This document shows, piece after piece, positions 8,633 through 17,785 of a stretch of 64,000 nucleotides of DNA. The notes under the pieces are model-generated. The model had not been told where the DNA came from, ran no database searches, and worked only from the letters and a program-made list of their open reading frames with translations. How positions within the stretch are numbered: position 1 is the stretch's first letter; every line of letters starts with the position of its first letter. This DNA comes from Candidatus Amesbacteria bacterium GW2011_GWB1_47_19 (GTDB taxonomy: Bacteria > Patescibacteriota > Microgenomatia > CAZETR01 > Amesbacteraceae): the NCBI GenBank assembly GCA_001002325.1, contig LCNZ01000003.1:7484-71483 (forward strand), in the 5' to 3' direction. The position numbers were made by a program, and so were the translations under genes.

Positions 8633-10684
8633 CTACACAGTTTCAGGCTTGACTTCGCCCTCCGGAGCCTTATACGAAGGACGGGTCCAGCTGGCAAAAT
8701 CGCAGTTCGGGTAATTGCTGCATCCGAAAAAACTTTTGCGGCTGCGAGTTCGTTTCAACACCACGTCTCCGCCGCATTTCGGGCATATTTGGCCGGTTTT
8801 ATTCACAAAGTTGGCTTTCCAGTCACAACCAGGATACAAGCTGCAAGCCAAAAACTTACCGAATCGGCCTATCCTTATTACCTGCCTGCCTTCACTGCAC
8901 TTGGGACAGGCTTCACCTGTTTCTTCAGCCTGCACCTGGACTCTGACTGCTGTTTCCCCAACCTCATCCAATTTTTTCTCAAACGGACCATAAAAATCAG
9001 AAACTACCGGTTGCCAATGTTTGTTTCCCTCAGCTATCCCGTCCAAATCATCTTCAATTTTCGCTGTAAATTCGTAATCCACAATATCCGGAAAGTTGGT
9101 CACCAAAAAATCATTCACAGCTATTCCCAAAGCCGTAGGTTGGAATTTCTTATCCGATTTATCCACATACTGACGGTCCTGGATAGTAGTTAAGGTGGGG
9201 GCATAAGTACTGGGCCGGCCTATACCTTCCTCTTCCAAGGCTTTAATTAGGGAAGCGTCCGTATACCGGGGAGGGGGCAGGGTAAATTTCTGTTCTGACT
9301 TCAGGTCCAGAAAATCCAGTCTTTCCCCTTCAGCCAGTTCCGGTACTTTTTCTTCCCCCAATGCGTCAACTTCTCCATTCTGCTCTTTTGTGTTCGTGGA
9401 TTGGTATAGTCGCAGCCAGCCGTCAAAAGTAATAGTTTCCCCCTTTGCTTCCAACCCGTACTCTCCGGCTATTACTCCCACTTTCATACTCACTCCGCTG
9501 ACCTCTGCCATCTGACACGCTACAAACCGTTTCCAGATCAATTCATACAACCTCAGTTCGTCCCTGGAAAGTCCAAAGTCTTGTATTATAAATCTCGAAT
9601 CCCCGTTCACCTTGGTTGGGCGGATTGCTTCATGTGCTTCCTGTGACAATTTACTTTTAGTTTTATACATCCGGGGAATTTTCAAAGCGTATTCCGGTCC
9701 GAATTCCTTGGTTAAAAAGTTCGCCACCGATCTCAGAGCTTCCATGGCCAGATTGGTCGAATCCGTCCGGTGATAAGTGATATGCCCTTGTTCATACAAG
9801 GCCTGTGCGATTTGCATGGTCCGCTTGGCACTCCATCCCAAACGGTTGGCTGCTGTCTGTTGTAATGTTGATGTCGTGAAAGGTGCTGGTGGTGTTCGCT
9901 TAAACTCTTTTTCCTCCACACTGCCAACTGTATATTTGGCTGTCCGCAAGTAGTTAGTCGCCTCTTCCGCCTCCTGGCTGATTGCCGCTTTATACTTTTC
10001 CCCACCCTTCTCTGTCAATGTGACCCAAAAACTTTGTTTATTCGTCTCCTGCTCACTCTGCAACTCCACCCGGATCACCCAATACTCTTCGGGCTTGAAT
10101 GCTTCAATTTCCCTCTCCCTCTCCACCACCAGTCTCACTGCCACACTCTGTACCCTGCCTGCAGACAAACCCCGGCGGACCTTGCGCCACAGCAGCGGTG
10201 ATAATTTATAACCCACCAGTCTGTCCACTATTCTTCTGGCCTGTTGGGCTTCCACCAACCGCATGTTCACAACCCCCGGGTTACCCATTGCTTCCCTGAT
10301 CGCATTTTCCGTAATTTCGTGAAACACGACTCTCTCAAATTTATGCTTGCCCAGCATCTGTGACACATGAAAAGCTATCGCTTCCCCCTCCCGGTCCGGA
10401 TCAGTCGCCAGGTAGATCTTTTCCGCCTTGTTCCCCATTTTCTTTATTTCTTCCATTCGTTCGGTTTGTTTCTTGGTACTCGTAAACTCCGGCTCAAACT
10501 TATACTCTCCTGCTCTTCCACTCTCCCGCTCTATCTTTATCCCCATTTTGCGTTCCGGTAAATCCCGCACATGTCCATAACTGGCTTCTACTTCGTAACC
10601 GGAGCCCAAAAACCTGGCCAGAGTCCTGGCTTTGGTGGGAGACTCAACAATCACTAAATCCATAACGCTTCGGGATTTTACCAT
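8633..10684 (-). CDS. topA: DNA topoisomerase I
   Basis: TOPRIM N-terminus (LVIVESPTKARTL, GHVRDLP), a central toprim/topo IA core, and C-terminal C4 zinc ribbons (CPKCSEGRQ..., CPKCGGDV...). Confidence 0.9.
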   Translation of the reverse strand: MVKSRSVMDLVIVESPTKARTLARFLGSGYEVEASYGHVRDLPERKMGIKIERESGRAGEYKFEPEFTSTKKQTERMEEIKKMGNKAEKIYLATDPDREGEAIAFHVSQMLGKHKFERVVFHEITENAIREAMGNPGVVNMRLVEAQQARRIVDRLVGYKLSPLLWRKVRRGLSAGRVQSVAVRLVVEREREIEAFKPEEYWVIRVELQSEQETNKQSFWVTLTEKGGEKYKAAISQEAEEATNYLRTAKYTVGSVEEKEFKRTPPAPFTTSTLQQTAANRLGWSAKRTMQIAQALYEQGHITYHRTDSTNLAMEALRSVANFLTKEFGPEYALKIPRMYKTKSKLSQEAHEAIRPTKVNGDSRFIIQDFGLSRDELRLYELIWKRFVACQMAEVSGVSMKVGVIAGEYGLEAKGETITFDGWLRLYQSTNTKEQNGEVDALGEEKVPELAEGERLDFLDLKSEQKFTLPPPRYTDASLIKALEEEGIGRPSTYAPTLTTIQDRQYVDKSDKKFQPTALGIAVNDFLVTNFPDIVDYEFTAKIEDDLDGIAEGNKHWQPVVSDFYGPFEKKLDEVGETAVRVQVQAEETGEACPKCSEGRQVIRIGRFGKFLACSLYPGCDWKANFVNKTGQICPKCGGDVVLKRTRSRKSFFGCSNYPNCDFASWTRPSYKAPEGEVKPETV

Positions 10685-10730
10685 TTAACCATATCACAAT
10701 TGACTTCGGCAGAATTAGTTAATACTATAA

Positions 10731-11213
10731 ATGCAGCACATGTTGATCCGGCTAATTTCCATCGTTACTTTCATACTGCTATCGGTCGCTTCTGTCTATG
10801 CCTCCGCCTACCAGCTGACCACCGTCGGCAGCCTCAATACCACGGGTGCAGTCATCAGTCACCTGTGGTACACCAATGGAAATCTGACATTTACCGGCGT
10901 GGCACCGGCTGGCGAGGTCGTGACTGCCACCATAGATGGTGCCTCTGCTTCCGTTACCGCTGACTCGTCCGGCAATTGGAATCATCCGGTTTCCCTGGCT
11001 GCAGGTGATCACAGTGTGGCATTTGCGGCAGCCGGAACCAGCTTTATCAGTTTCACTCTCACCATCGGCGAAGCCCCCGAAGGTATCGGTGAACTAAAAG
11101 TCTCGGATACTCCCACCGCCGGAAATATTACCCCCACATTGGCTATCCTTTCATCCGGCCTGATTCTTTCGGCTTCCGGTTTTCTTCTTCGCTCCCGCCG
11201 CAACCTTACCTAA
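10731..11213 (+). CDS. secreted Ig-like protein with C-terminal hydrophobic anchor and basic tail
   Basis: N-terminal signal peptide. C-terminus LAILSSGLILSASGFLLRSRRNLT resembles a cell-wall/sortase-type sorting signal, but no clear LPXTG. Confidence 0.4.
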   Translation: MQHMLIRLISIVTFILLSVASVYASAYQLTTVGSLNTTGAVISHLWYTNGNLTFTGVAPAGEVVTATIDGASASVTADSSGNWNHPVSLAAGDHSVAFAAAGTSFISFTLTIGEAPEGIGELKVSDTPTAGNITPTLAILSSGLILSASGFLLRSRRNLT

Positions 11214-11250
11214 TTTCCTACTTCGCGCGGCCGCGTCAATCGGAAAATTC

Positions 11251-12981
11251 TCACTCTCCCATCACCTGGGGTATAGCCGAATAAGGATATGTATCTTCTA
11301 CTGAAAAGTACTTTGCCAGAATCTTTCGTACTATCGGCGCCGCCACATTTGATCCCTCCCCTCCCCCTTCCACCACTACCGTTACACTGATTTTCGGATC
11401 CTTGGCAGGTGCGTAAGCTGTCAACCAGCCGTGTTCCCTGACCTTGCCGTTTTCCCCTACATACTCCGCCGTCCCCGTCTTGCAAGCAATCACCGGCAGT
11501 GATTGGCCTTCCATAGCCTTGGCGAAGGAGGCCGACCCACTCTGACGAAGGGCACCGTCATTCCAGTCAAATAAGGGAAACGCCGTTCCTCCCGGACTGC
11601 ATGCCCCTATCATCCCCTGCCTGATAATTTCCAGTGTCTCTTCTGAAATCGGCACTTTTTGACATTGTTCACCGAAATTTTCGCCCTGTATCAAATGGAG
11701 TTTACATTTTTTTCCGCCGCTGGCCAGAATATTGGTCATTAAATTAATTTGTATCGGAGTCACCAGAATATCCCCCTGGCCGATAGCCATATGGTAAGTA
11801 TTGCCCAGAAACCACCTTTCCCCCTTTACTTTCTCTTTCCATTCCGGGTCGCCTATTAAGCCTGACACCTCACCGGGTAAATCAATCCCGGTCTTTTCCC
11901 CCAATCCCATCCTGTGCGCCCACGCGGATATTTCGTCAGGGCCGGTTATCTCCCCCACCCTATAAAAGAAGGTATCCGTAGACCTGGTAATCGCCCTGGT
12001 AAATCCCACCACTCCCTCGACCCCTCCGCCCTTGTTATATAGCCAGTTAGTATATCTGAAATCTCCCACACTAATCACCCCCCGGTCTTCAAATACAAAA
12101 TCGGGGTCCACTCTGCCTGATTCCAAAGCAGATGTGCTGGTTATCATTTTGAAAGTTGAACCGGGGGGGTATACCCCGCCCACCGCCCGGTCAAAAAGGG
12201 GTAAATCCTTATTCGTACTTAAATCATCATAATTTTCGCTTAAGTTGTTGGGGTCAAAACCCGGACTGCTCATCAACACCACAATCTCCCCGGTTTGCGG
12301 ATCACTTACCACAGCTGCCCCTTTTTTACCCGCAAATGCTTCATATGCCTTTCGCTGCAGATCCGCATCAATATTCAATACAGTCGCCCTGCCTTCTTTC
12401 GGTTCTCTTTTTCCCATCTCCCGGGCAACTTTACCCGTACTGTCAACCTCCACCAATCTGCCGCCGTCTATTCCCCGTAATTCTTCTTCCAGTTGTACTT
12501 CAATTCCCTGTCGACCGATGCGTCCGCCGGATACGTATTTTTTGCCCGCCTCTTTCAGTAAACCCACCTCCTCCTCTCCCACTTCCCCCGTATACCCGAC
12601 CACCGTCCCCAGCGCTTCCCCGTATGGATAATATCTATCCCAAACTTCAACCTCCAGCTTGGTACTCTCATCGGTCTCCGTCACCCGTCTGTTTTCAGCC
12701 AAAATCCTCCCCACCCGGTCGGTTATTACCCCCCGCGGCGCGGGCATACGAAGCTGTCTGATACGGTTCTCATCCGCCAAAATCCTGTACCGGTTCCCGT
12801 AAATCAATTGCAATTGCACCAATCTCACTCCGATCATTCCGAAGGCCACGACCACTACCAGCCACAACAACCAGCCTTTCCGGTAATCGGGTTCCCGCTC
12901 TTCCTGTACCCGGCTTTTTCTAACAGACATCTCATGCACCACAAAATCCCCGAATGATATTCCCGGTCTGAATTTTTTCAT
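11251..12981 (-). CDS. mrdA: penicillin-binding protein 2 (peptidoglycan D,D-transpeptidase)
   Basis: N-terminal TM, PBP dimerisation region, and transpeptidase motifs STFK (GSTFKMITS), SxN and KTG (ACKTGTAE). Confidence 0.85.
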   Translation of the reverse strand: MKKFRPGISFGDFVVHEMSVRKSRVQEEREPDYRKGWLLWLVVVVAFGMIGVRLVQLQLIYGNRYRILADENRIRQLRMPAPRGVITDRVGRILAENRRVTETDESTKLEVEVWDRYYPYGEALGTVVGYTGEVGEEEVGLLKEAGKKYVSGGRIGRQGIEVQLEEELRGIDGGRLVEVDSTGKVAREMGKREPKEGRATVLNIDADLQRKAYEAFAGKKGAAVVSDPQTGEIVVLMSSPGFDPNNLSENYDDLSTNKDLPLFDRAVGGVYPPGSTFKMITSTSALESGRVDPDFVFEDRGVISVGDFRYTNWLYNKGGGVEGVVGFTRAITRSTDTFFYRVGEITGPDEISAWAHRMGLGEKTGIDLPGEVSGLIGDPEWKEKVKGERWFLGNTYHMAIGQGDILVTPIQINLMTNILASGGKKCKLHLIQGENFGEQCQKVPISEETLEIIRQGMIGACSPGGTAFPLFDWNDGALRQSGSASFAKAMEGQSLPVIACKTGTAEYVGENGKVREHGWLTAYAPAKDPKISVTVVVEGGGEGSNVAAPIVRKILAKYFSVEDTYPYSAIPQVMGE

Positions 12982-13006
12982 CCCCCTATTCTATCAAGCT
13001 AAACTC

Positions 13007-14380
13007 TCAATCCAAACCTATTAGAACCGCCTCCAAACCTTTGATAGTTCTCTGACATGCCTCCGGATATAACACATCCCTGACCAAAAACCCACCGGAC
13101 GGAAAATTTGCAGTATCCGCTCTTATTTCCCCATCCTGACAATCTGGTTGATACATGATCTCCACCCAAATGCTTTGCCCCTCAATATAAGTTAGATATT
13201 GTCTATACCAACCAGGTCCGTATTTAGCATTATCATCGATAATAAAATACTTATGCCCTCCCAGCTTTTTCACCACAGCCAATTTCTCTCTCATGTCCCC
13301 ATAAACATCACCAATCACCACTATTTGCCTGCCATAATTCGAACTTTTCCATGCTTTTACCTCTTTATCCAAATCCACCAACCACGTCCTGGTTTCATAA
13401 CCACCGCTATATTTTGCTCCCGGAAAATATTTATAGGTAACCAGCGTTAAATCCTTCGATCTGCCAGCAGAATAATATGACACGCCATTATCTTTCCGGT
13501 CAAATGTTACCGTGCCTCTGACTATCCTATTCAATTCTGTTCTGAGTCCTGGCCACCTTGATTCTGTCACCTCCCCGGGTAAACGGCTGAATTCATCTAA
13601 ATCATCCCCGGACATATTTGGTGTTTTGGTATTCTCCCAAGGCCCCGAAATATTCTCCTCCGGTCCCAGTACTGCTTCAATTAACTCGAAAGCATACTGA
13701 TAGACATCCGGGAAAATCCTCTCCGACGCCACAACCTTACCCGACGGAGCAAAAGAGAAATGCTCATCAATCTCATAGAACTTTTCGGAAGGTACTTCAA
13801 AGTTGAAAATGAACTCAATCCACAGTTTCCTCCCCGCATCAAAAGTCAGGTATTCCCTTTTCCAGGCACCTTCCGACTCAGCTTTACTGATCCTGACTAT
13901 GAATTTTCTACCACCAAAATTCCTGACTGCAACATATGTATCTTTGGTGAAACCCTCGAGAAACTGGTCTCCGTAATCGGCCTGCTTCCATAGATTTATC
14001 TCTGCGTCCTCGGGATAATTCTGATATACATCCAAATATATTTCACCGGGCGTAGCATCATTTTTATTATTAAGAGACAAAGAAACTTGTGCCGGAATAT
14101 ATTCCCGGTACCGGTTAACTCCCTCGTCGTCCACAAAAATCAACTCATCACCGGAAAATATCTTTTCCACCTCATTTTTAAGCCGCATCAGCGTCAACGT
14201 ACTCAGTGAGTACTCACATTCAATACAAATCCCAGACAGGTAATCCGACTTCTCCACCAAAGAAGCACTCTTCCCGGAACATGCCTGATACTTTCCCAAC
14301 CCCCAAACCAGTAGTACCAATAACAGAAACCCGGCCACCCACAATCCGAGAAACTTCATAAAGACTCTCATAACACTCAC
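13007..14380 (-). CDS. secreted/lipoprotein-like hypothetical protein
   Basis: Signal peptide followed by Cys (YQACSG). No recognisable domain. Sits between mreB and mrdA where mreC/mreD would be expected. Confidence 0.4.
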   Translation of the reverse strand: MSVMRVFMKFLGLWVAGFLLLVLLVWGLGKYQACSGKSASLVEKSDYLSGICIECEYSLSTLTLMRLKNEVEKIFSGDELIFVDDEGVNRYREYIPAQVSLSLNNKNDATPGEIYLDVYQNYPEDAEINLWKQADYGDQFLEGFTKDTYVAVRNFGGRKFIVRISKAESEGAWKREYLTFDAGRKLWIEFIFNFEVPSEKFYEIDEHFSFAPSGKVVASERIFPDVYQYAFELIEAVLGPEENISGPWENTKTPNMSGDDLDEFSRLPGEVTESRWPGLRTELNRIVRGTVTFDRKDNGVSYYSAGRSKDLTLVTYKYFPGAKYSGGYETRTWLVDLDKEVKAWKSSNYGRQIVVIGDVYGDMREKLAVVKKLGGHKYFIIDDNAKYGPGWYRQYLTYIEGQSIWVEIMYQPDCQDGEIRADTANFPSGGFLVRDVLYPEACQRTIKGLEAVLIGLD

Positions 14381-14408
14381 TATACAACTATATTCTCAAA
14401 AAAAAAGA

Positions 14409-15533
14409 CTATCGCAGTCCTCCCACTACCCTTACCCTGTTTAACAGCTCGACATCTTCCAATACTTTGGCGCACCCTCTGACCACCGCAGTCATCGGAT
14501 CATCCGCCACATATACCGGCATCCGGGTCTCTTCGCTCATAAATTTATCCATCCCGGCAATCAGACTGCCGCCTCCGGCCATCACAATTCCCCGCTCCAG
14601 TATGTCCGAAACCAGTTCCGGTGGTGTTTCCTCAATCAGATCCGCCGCCGCCGCTGAAATTTCCTTTAGCACCGGCATCAGCGCTTCCCGCACTTCCTCC
14701 GACGAAATCTTCAGGCTTCGTGGCAAACCCGACTCCAAATCCCTCCCCCTGACTACCATAAACCGGACTGCGGATTTTTTCATTTGTTCACTGGCTGTTG
14801 CATCATTGGGATTTGTTTGGTCATTGGGGCCTGGGATTTGGGCTTTGAACGCATCAGCATGGGCATTTCCCAAACTCAATTTAACCCCTTCTGCTGTCCT
14901 CTCACCCAGAAGGACATTGTATTTCAATCTTACATAATGCACGATCGCCTCATCCATTTCATCTCCGGCTATTCGGATGGATCTGTTCAGGACCGCGCCC
15001 CCCAGCGAAATCACCGCCATTTCACTGGTACCTCCGCCTACATCCACAATCATCACCCCGCCTGCTTCACCGATAGGCAATTCCGCCCCCAGTGCCGCCG
15101 CCATGGGTTCTTCAATCAGAAAACACTGTCTGGCTCCCGCCGCCAGTGCCGCCTCCTGCACCGCCCGCCTCTCTACTTCCGTCACGCCCGAAGGTATACC
15201 CACTACTACCCGTGGTCGGGGTAAACGGGGAATTATTTTACCTGATTCATGAACTTTCAGAATAAAATGTTTCAGCATCGCTTCTGTTGCGTCAAAATCC
15301 GCTATCACCCCATCCTGCAGCGGCCTTAACGCCTCGATAGTCGCCGGTGTCCGTCCCAGCATTTTTTTGGCCTCCTCGCCGATTGCCAATACCTGCTTGG
15401 TCTTCCGGTGCCTGGCTACCACCGACGGTTCCCGGATCATTATGCCTTTACCCTTCACATGCACCAGCGTATTCGCCGTCCCCAAATCTATCCCGATATC
15501 ATACGACAACAAGCCGAATAAGTAGTTGAACAT
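14409..15533 (-). CDS. mreB: rod shape-determining protein MreB (actin homolog)
   Basis: LFGLLSYDIGIDLGTANTLVHV matches the MreB N-terminus. Actin-fold phosphate and adenosine motifs (DVGGGTSE). Carries an inserted loop PGPNDQTNPNDATASEQ. Confidence 0.9.
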   Translation of the reverse strand: MFNYLFGLLSYDIGIDLGTANTLVHVKGKGIMIREPSVVARHRKTKQVLAIGEEAKKMLGRTPATIEALRPLQDGVIADFDATEAMLKHFILKVHESGKIIPRLPRPRVVVGIPSGVTEVERRAVQEAALAAGARQCFLIEEPMAAALGAELPIGEAGGVMIVDVGGGTSEMAVISLGGAVLNRSIRIAGDEMDEAIVHYVRLKYNVLLGERTAEGVKLSLGNAHADAFKAQIPGPNDQTNPNDATASEQMKKSAVRFMVVRGRDLESGLPRSLKISSEEVREALMPVLKEISAAAADLIEETPPELVSDILERGIVMAGGGSLIAGMDKFMSEETRMPVYVADDPMTAVVRGCAKVLEDVELLNRVRVVGGLR

Positions 15534-15542
15534 ACCAAGCGC

Positions 15543-15571
15543 AATATACGTTTTACCCCATTATTTCGCAA
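15543..15571 (-). promoter_or_regulatory. putative sigma70-like promoter for mreB (TTGCGA-17-TATATT), only 9 nt upstream of the ATG
   Basis: Read on the minus strand: TTGCGAaataatggggtaaaacgTATATTgcgcttggtATG. Spacing is ideal, the leader is very short, and no SD is present. Confidence 0.35.
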
Positions 15572-15593
15572 GCATCTTTCCGCCCCCCCACTC

Positions 15594-15622
15594 TTGACAT
15601 ATCCTGTAGTAAGTAAGATAAT
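15594..15622 (+). promoter_or_regulatory. orphan plus-strand promoter TTGACA-17-GATAAT with an ATG 6 nt downstream (possible leaderless 25 aa micro-ORF 15629..15706)
   Basis: Consensus -35 TTGACA, a 17 nt spacer and GATAAT. The downstream ORF reads MESAQPDRLRITKYFSIASALLFWG. No annotated gene follows on this strand. Confidence 0.3.
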
Positions 15623-16435
15623 AACACCATGGAATCCGCTCAACCGGATAGGTTGCGAATAACAAAATACTTTTCAATAGCAAGTGCCCTTTTGTTTTGG
15701 GGATGATACGGACTGGAAAAAATTGATTTGTCCGCTACTCCTCCCCATCAGCAGATGCTGTCAAAGACACTATATCCGGTTCAGCTGAAGTTACATCCGG
15801 ACTCGCTGTATTAGCTTCTGTAGCAGCAGTCGGTCTGTATCTTCTCGACAAGGCTACCCAGCCCCGTTCTGAAGATAGAGTAAAATAATCCAGCCCTAAT
15901 CCCACTCCCCTTTTTTCACTGCAGCTTTTCGGGCATTCCCGTCTCTGCGTAACTTTCTCCTCGGAACAACCTCCGCTCCTTCCACACCCCGGTGGCCTCC
16001 TTTATCACTTCTTTGAGCAAACTCCCAACACACGAGGTGGATTCCCCCATTCTCCAAAAGCGCTTTAATGGATCCCGAAAAACTCAATAAATCGTATTCT
16101 CTGGTCACCATATTTTACCAATCCTCCCATTTAATATCCGGTTTTCCGCCTTCAGGTCTTCTCCAGGGTTTATTACCACCCCCTCCTCGTTCGGGAGGAT
16201 AGGACGAGGTTCTTCCATCACGATTTGAATTATCTCCTGATCCATGAGAACCCCACCTACCACCACCAGAGCGGTTATTTTCATAAGTTGCGTCAACCTG
16301 GCGATCCTCCCTCCCACCCCTTCTGGGGACCTGTACAAATGATCGAAGAAGTAACTCGTTCATTATGCTTGTCCGTCAATTTTATATAATAATACGACCT
16401 ATAGTCAAGAGGGGGATTACCCTTAACATCCATGG

Positions 16436-16606
16436 CTAATCCCAACGAAAACTGGAAGAGTCCGACTTATTTTTCCCCAACTCGGCTATTTCGTGATCAT
16501 AAACCTCACCCAGCTTCTTAAACCACTCCTCAGCCTTCGGATCTTTATTTACATCCGGATGCAGTTTCTTTGCCAAGTCTCTATAAACCTCAGTTTCTTC
16601 TGTCAT
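16436..16606 (-). CDS. mini J-domain protein (DnaJ-like, HPD motif), 56 aa
   Basis: Translation MTEETEVYRDLAKKLHPDVNKDPKAEEWFKKLGEVYDHE... carries the J-domain helix II/III signature with HPD. Below the 60 aa cutoff of the ORF track; found by manual translation. Confidence 0.4.
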   Translation of the reverse strand: MTEETEVYRDLAKKLHPDVNKDPKAEEWFKKLGEVYDHEIAELGKNKSDSSSFRWD

Positions 16607-17738
16607 TATTATTCCTGGTTTTCACGGGTACCAGTTCACCGCCTCCCCTTCCACCGCCACCCCGGGGTGGTCGCCTTCGAGAGCCTCTTCCGCTATCCGG
16701 ATGAGGAGGATTTCTGGGACTATTCCCTGATCCCGGTAAATCGCCATACGGGTTTGGTGATTCATCTGAAGGACCACCAGAATCCCATGTATTGAATGGA
16801 TCTTGAGGGTCCCAATCTCCAAGCCGACTTGGGGGTGGTATCCGGGGAGGTTTCCAATTATCAGGTATATCCTTATCGTGCAATCCCGGAACTTTTCCTG
16901 GCAGTCCTTTTGTATCTATTTTTTTTACTCCCCTGATAAATTGCCGGGGTACGCCGGTGCGATAGTGTTCCGCAGTAATTCCCTTTTCCTCCCGTTTTTG
17001 TTGTTGATACGCTTTTGCCGCTTTTTCTCTTTTCAATTTCTCCTCTTTCTCCCTGGCTTCCCTTTCTTGCCGGGTCCGCATGGATTCATTGAACGCTGCG
17101 TTATCAGCATCCATGGAATTACTTAGTTTTTTCCTGCCGGATGCTACAAGCATGGCGAGACCTGAAATAATCACAACAATTCCTCCCAAGCACAAAAACC
17201 AGGATCCCGCCGTATCGGCGTCGTTTTCGGACACAGGATTGTCTTGTTTTTGATCTGACGAATTTAAGGGTAGCAATTCTGATTCAATATATCCGTCAGG
17301 GCAAGGAGCGGGCTTATCTACATAAGTTAAGGTTGTTGAACCCTTTCCCAAATCCCTGGCGCATTTTCTCGTTCCCTGCTCTTCTTTCCCACTTACCTTT
17401 CCACCGCAATATTCACCGTAATTATAAACATGCTTCCCATTCTGATAACCCACAAAGCAGCTGACGTGACCATTATTAGTCAACATCATCACATCAGTCC
17501 CGAATCCCCTGACACTGCATTGCCCTTCGGGTATCCCGTCACACGATGCTTCCTGGGTTAAGACATCCGAAAAACCTATTTCCCCCATACTTTTGACCGG
17601 AGATAAAGGTCGAAAGCCCAGCTTCCTCAAAGAACTCGTATCCAGCTGTAAGACTTCTGCAGGCTTGGTTACCCAGGCACTCCAAACTGCTCTGACTTCA
17701 TTTATTTGAGGCTTACTAGAAGTGTCTGCTTCCAACAT
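16590..17738 (-). CDS. CHAP-domain (cysteine/histidine peptidoglycan hydrolase) membrane protein with coiled-coil and Pro/Gly/Arg-rich tail
   Basis: EGQCSVRGF (Cys) and NGHVSCFVGY (His) motifs of the CHAP fold, one TM helix (WFLCLGGIVVIISGLAMLV), an E/K-rich coiled segment, and a C-terminal tail with RGG repeats. Confidence 0.5.
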   Translation of the reverse strand: MLEADTSSKPQINEVRAVWSAWVTKPAEVLQLDTSSLRKLGFRPLSPVKSMGEIGFSDVLTQEASCDGIPEGQCSVRGFGTDVMMLTNNGHVSCFVGYQNGKHVYNYGEYCGGKVSGKEEQGTRKCARDLGKGSTTLTYVDKPAPCPDGYIESELLPLNSSDQKQDNPVSENDADTAGSWFLCLGGIVVIISGLAMLVASGRKKLSNSMDADNAAFNESMRTRQEREAREKEEKLKREKAAKAYQQQKREEKGITAEHYRTGVPRQFIRGVKKIDTKGLPGKVPGLHDKDIPDNWKPPRIPPPSRLGDWDPQDPFNTWDSGGPSDESPNPYGDLPGSGNSPRNPPHPDSGRGSRRRPPRGGGGRGGGELVPVKTRNNNDRRN

Positions 17739-17785
17739 TATAGGACATTATATAACAACTGCTCTTTGTCTGCTAAACTAATTAC

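Noticed and set aside
12156-12761. Pro-rich 201 aa plus-strand ORF
   Set aside because: Lies antisense within the PBP2 transpeptidase gene. Composition (PPPxP runs) reflects the GC-rich antisense frame.
14467-15529. Several plus-strand ORFs (14467..14937, 14784..15224, 14977..15252, 15347..15529) inside mreB
   Set aside because: Antisense to a highly conserved gene, with no start context and low-complexity translations.
15640-15895. Possible structured ncRNA (SRP RNA, RNase P RNA, 6S or tmRNA) in the gene-free stretch downstream of the orphan promoter
   Set aside because: None of the conserved motifs of these RNAs (SRP domain IV, RNase P P4 AGGAAAGUCCGG..., tmRNA tRNA-like end) could be found by eye. 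No terminator-like hairpin follows. Left as an unexplained promoter only.
15896-16363. Two Gly/Arg-rich ORFs in the same frame separated by a single stop codon, considered as stop-codon recoding (for example UGA=Gly, code 25)
   Set aside because: The intervening stop is TAA, not TGA. Many well-supported genes in this window (queA, rplA neighbour, permease remnants) terminate with TGA, so the standard code applies.
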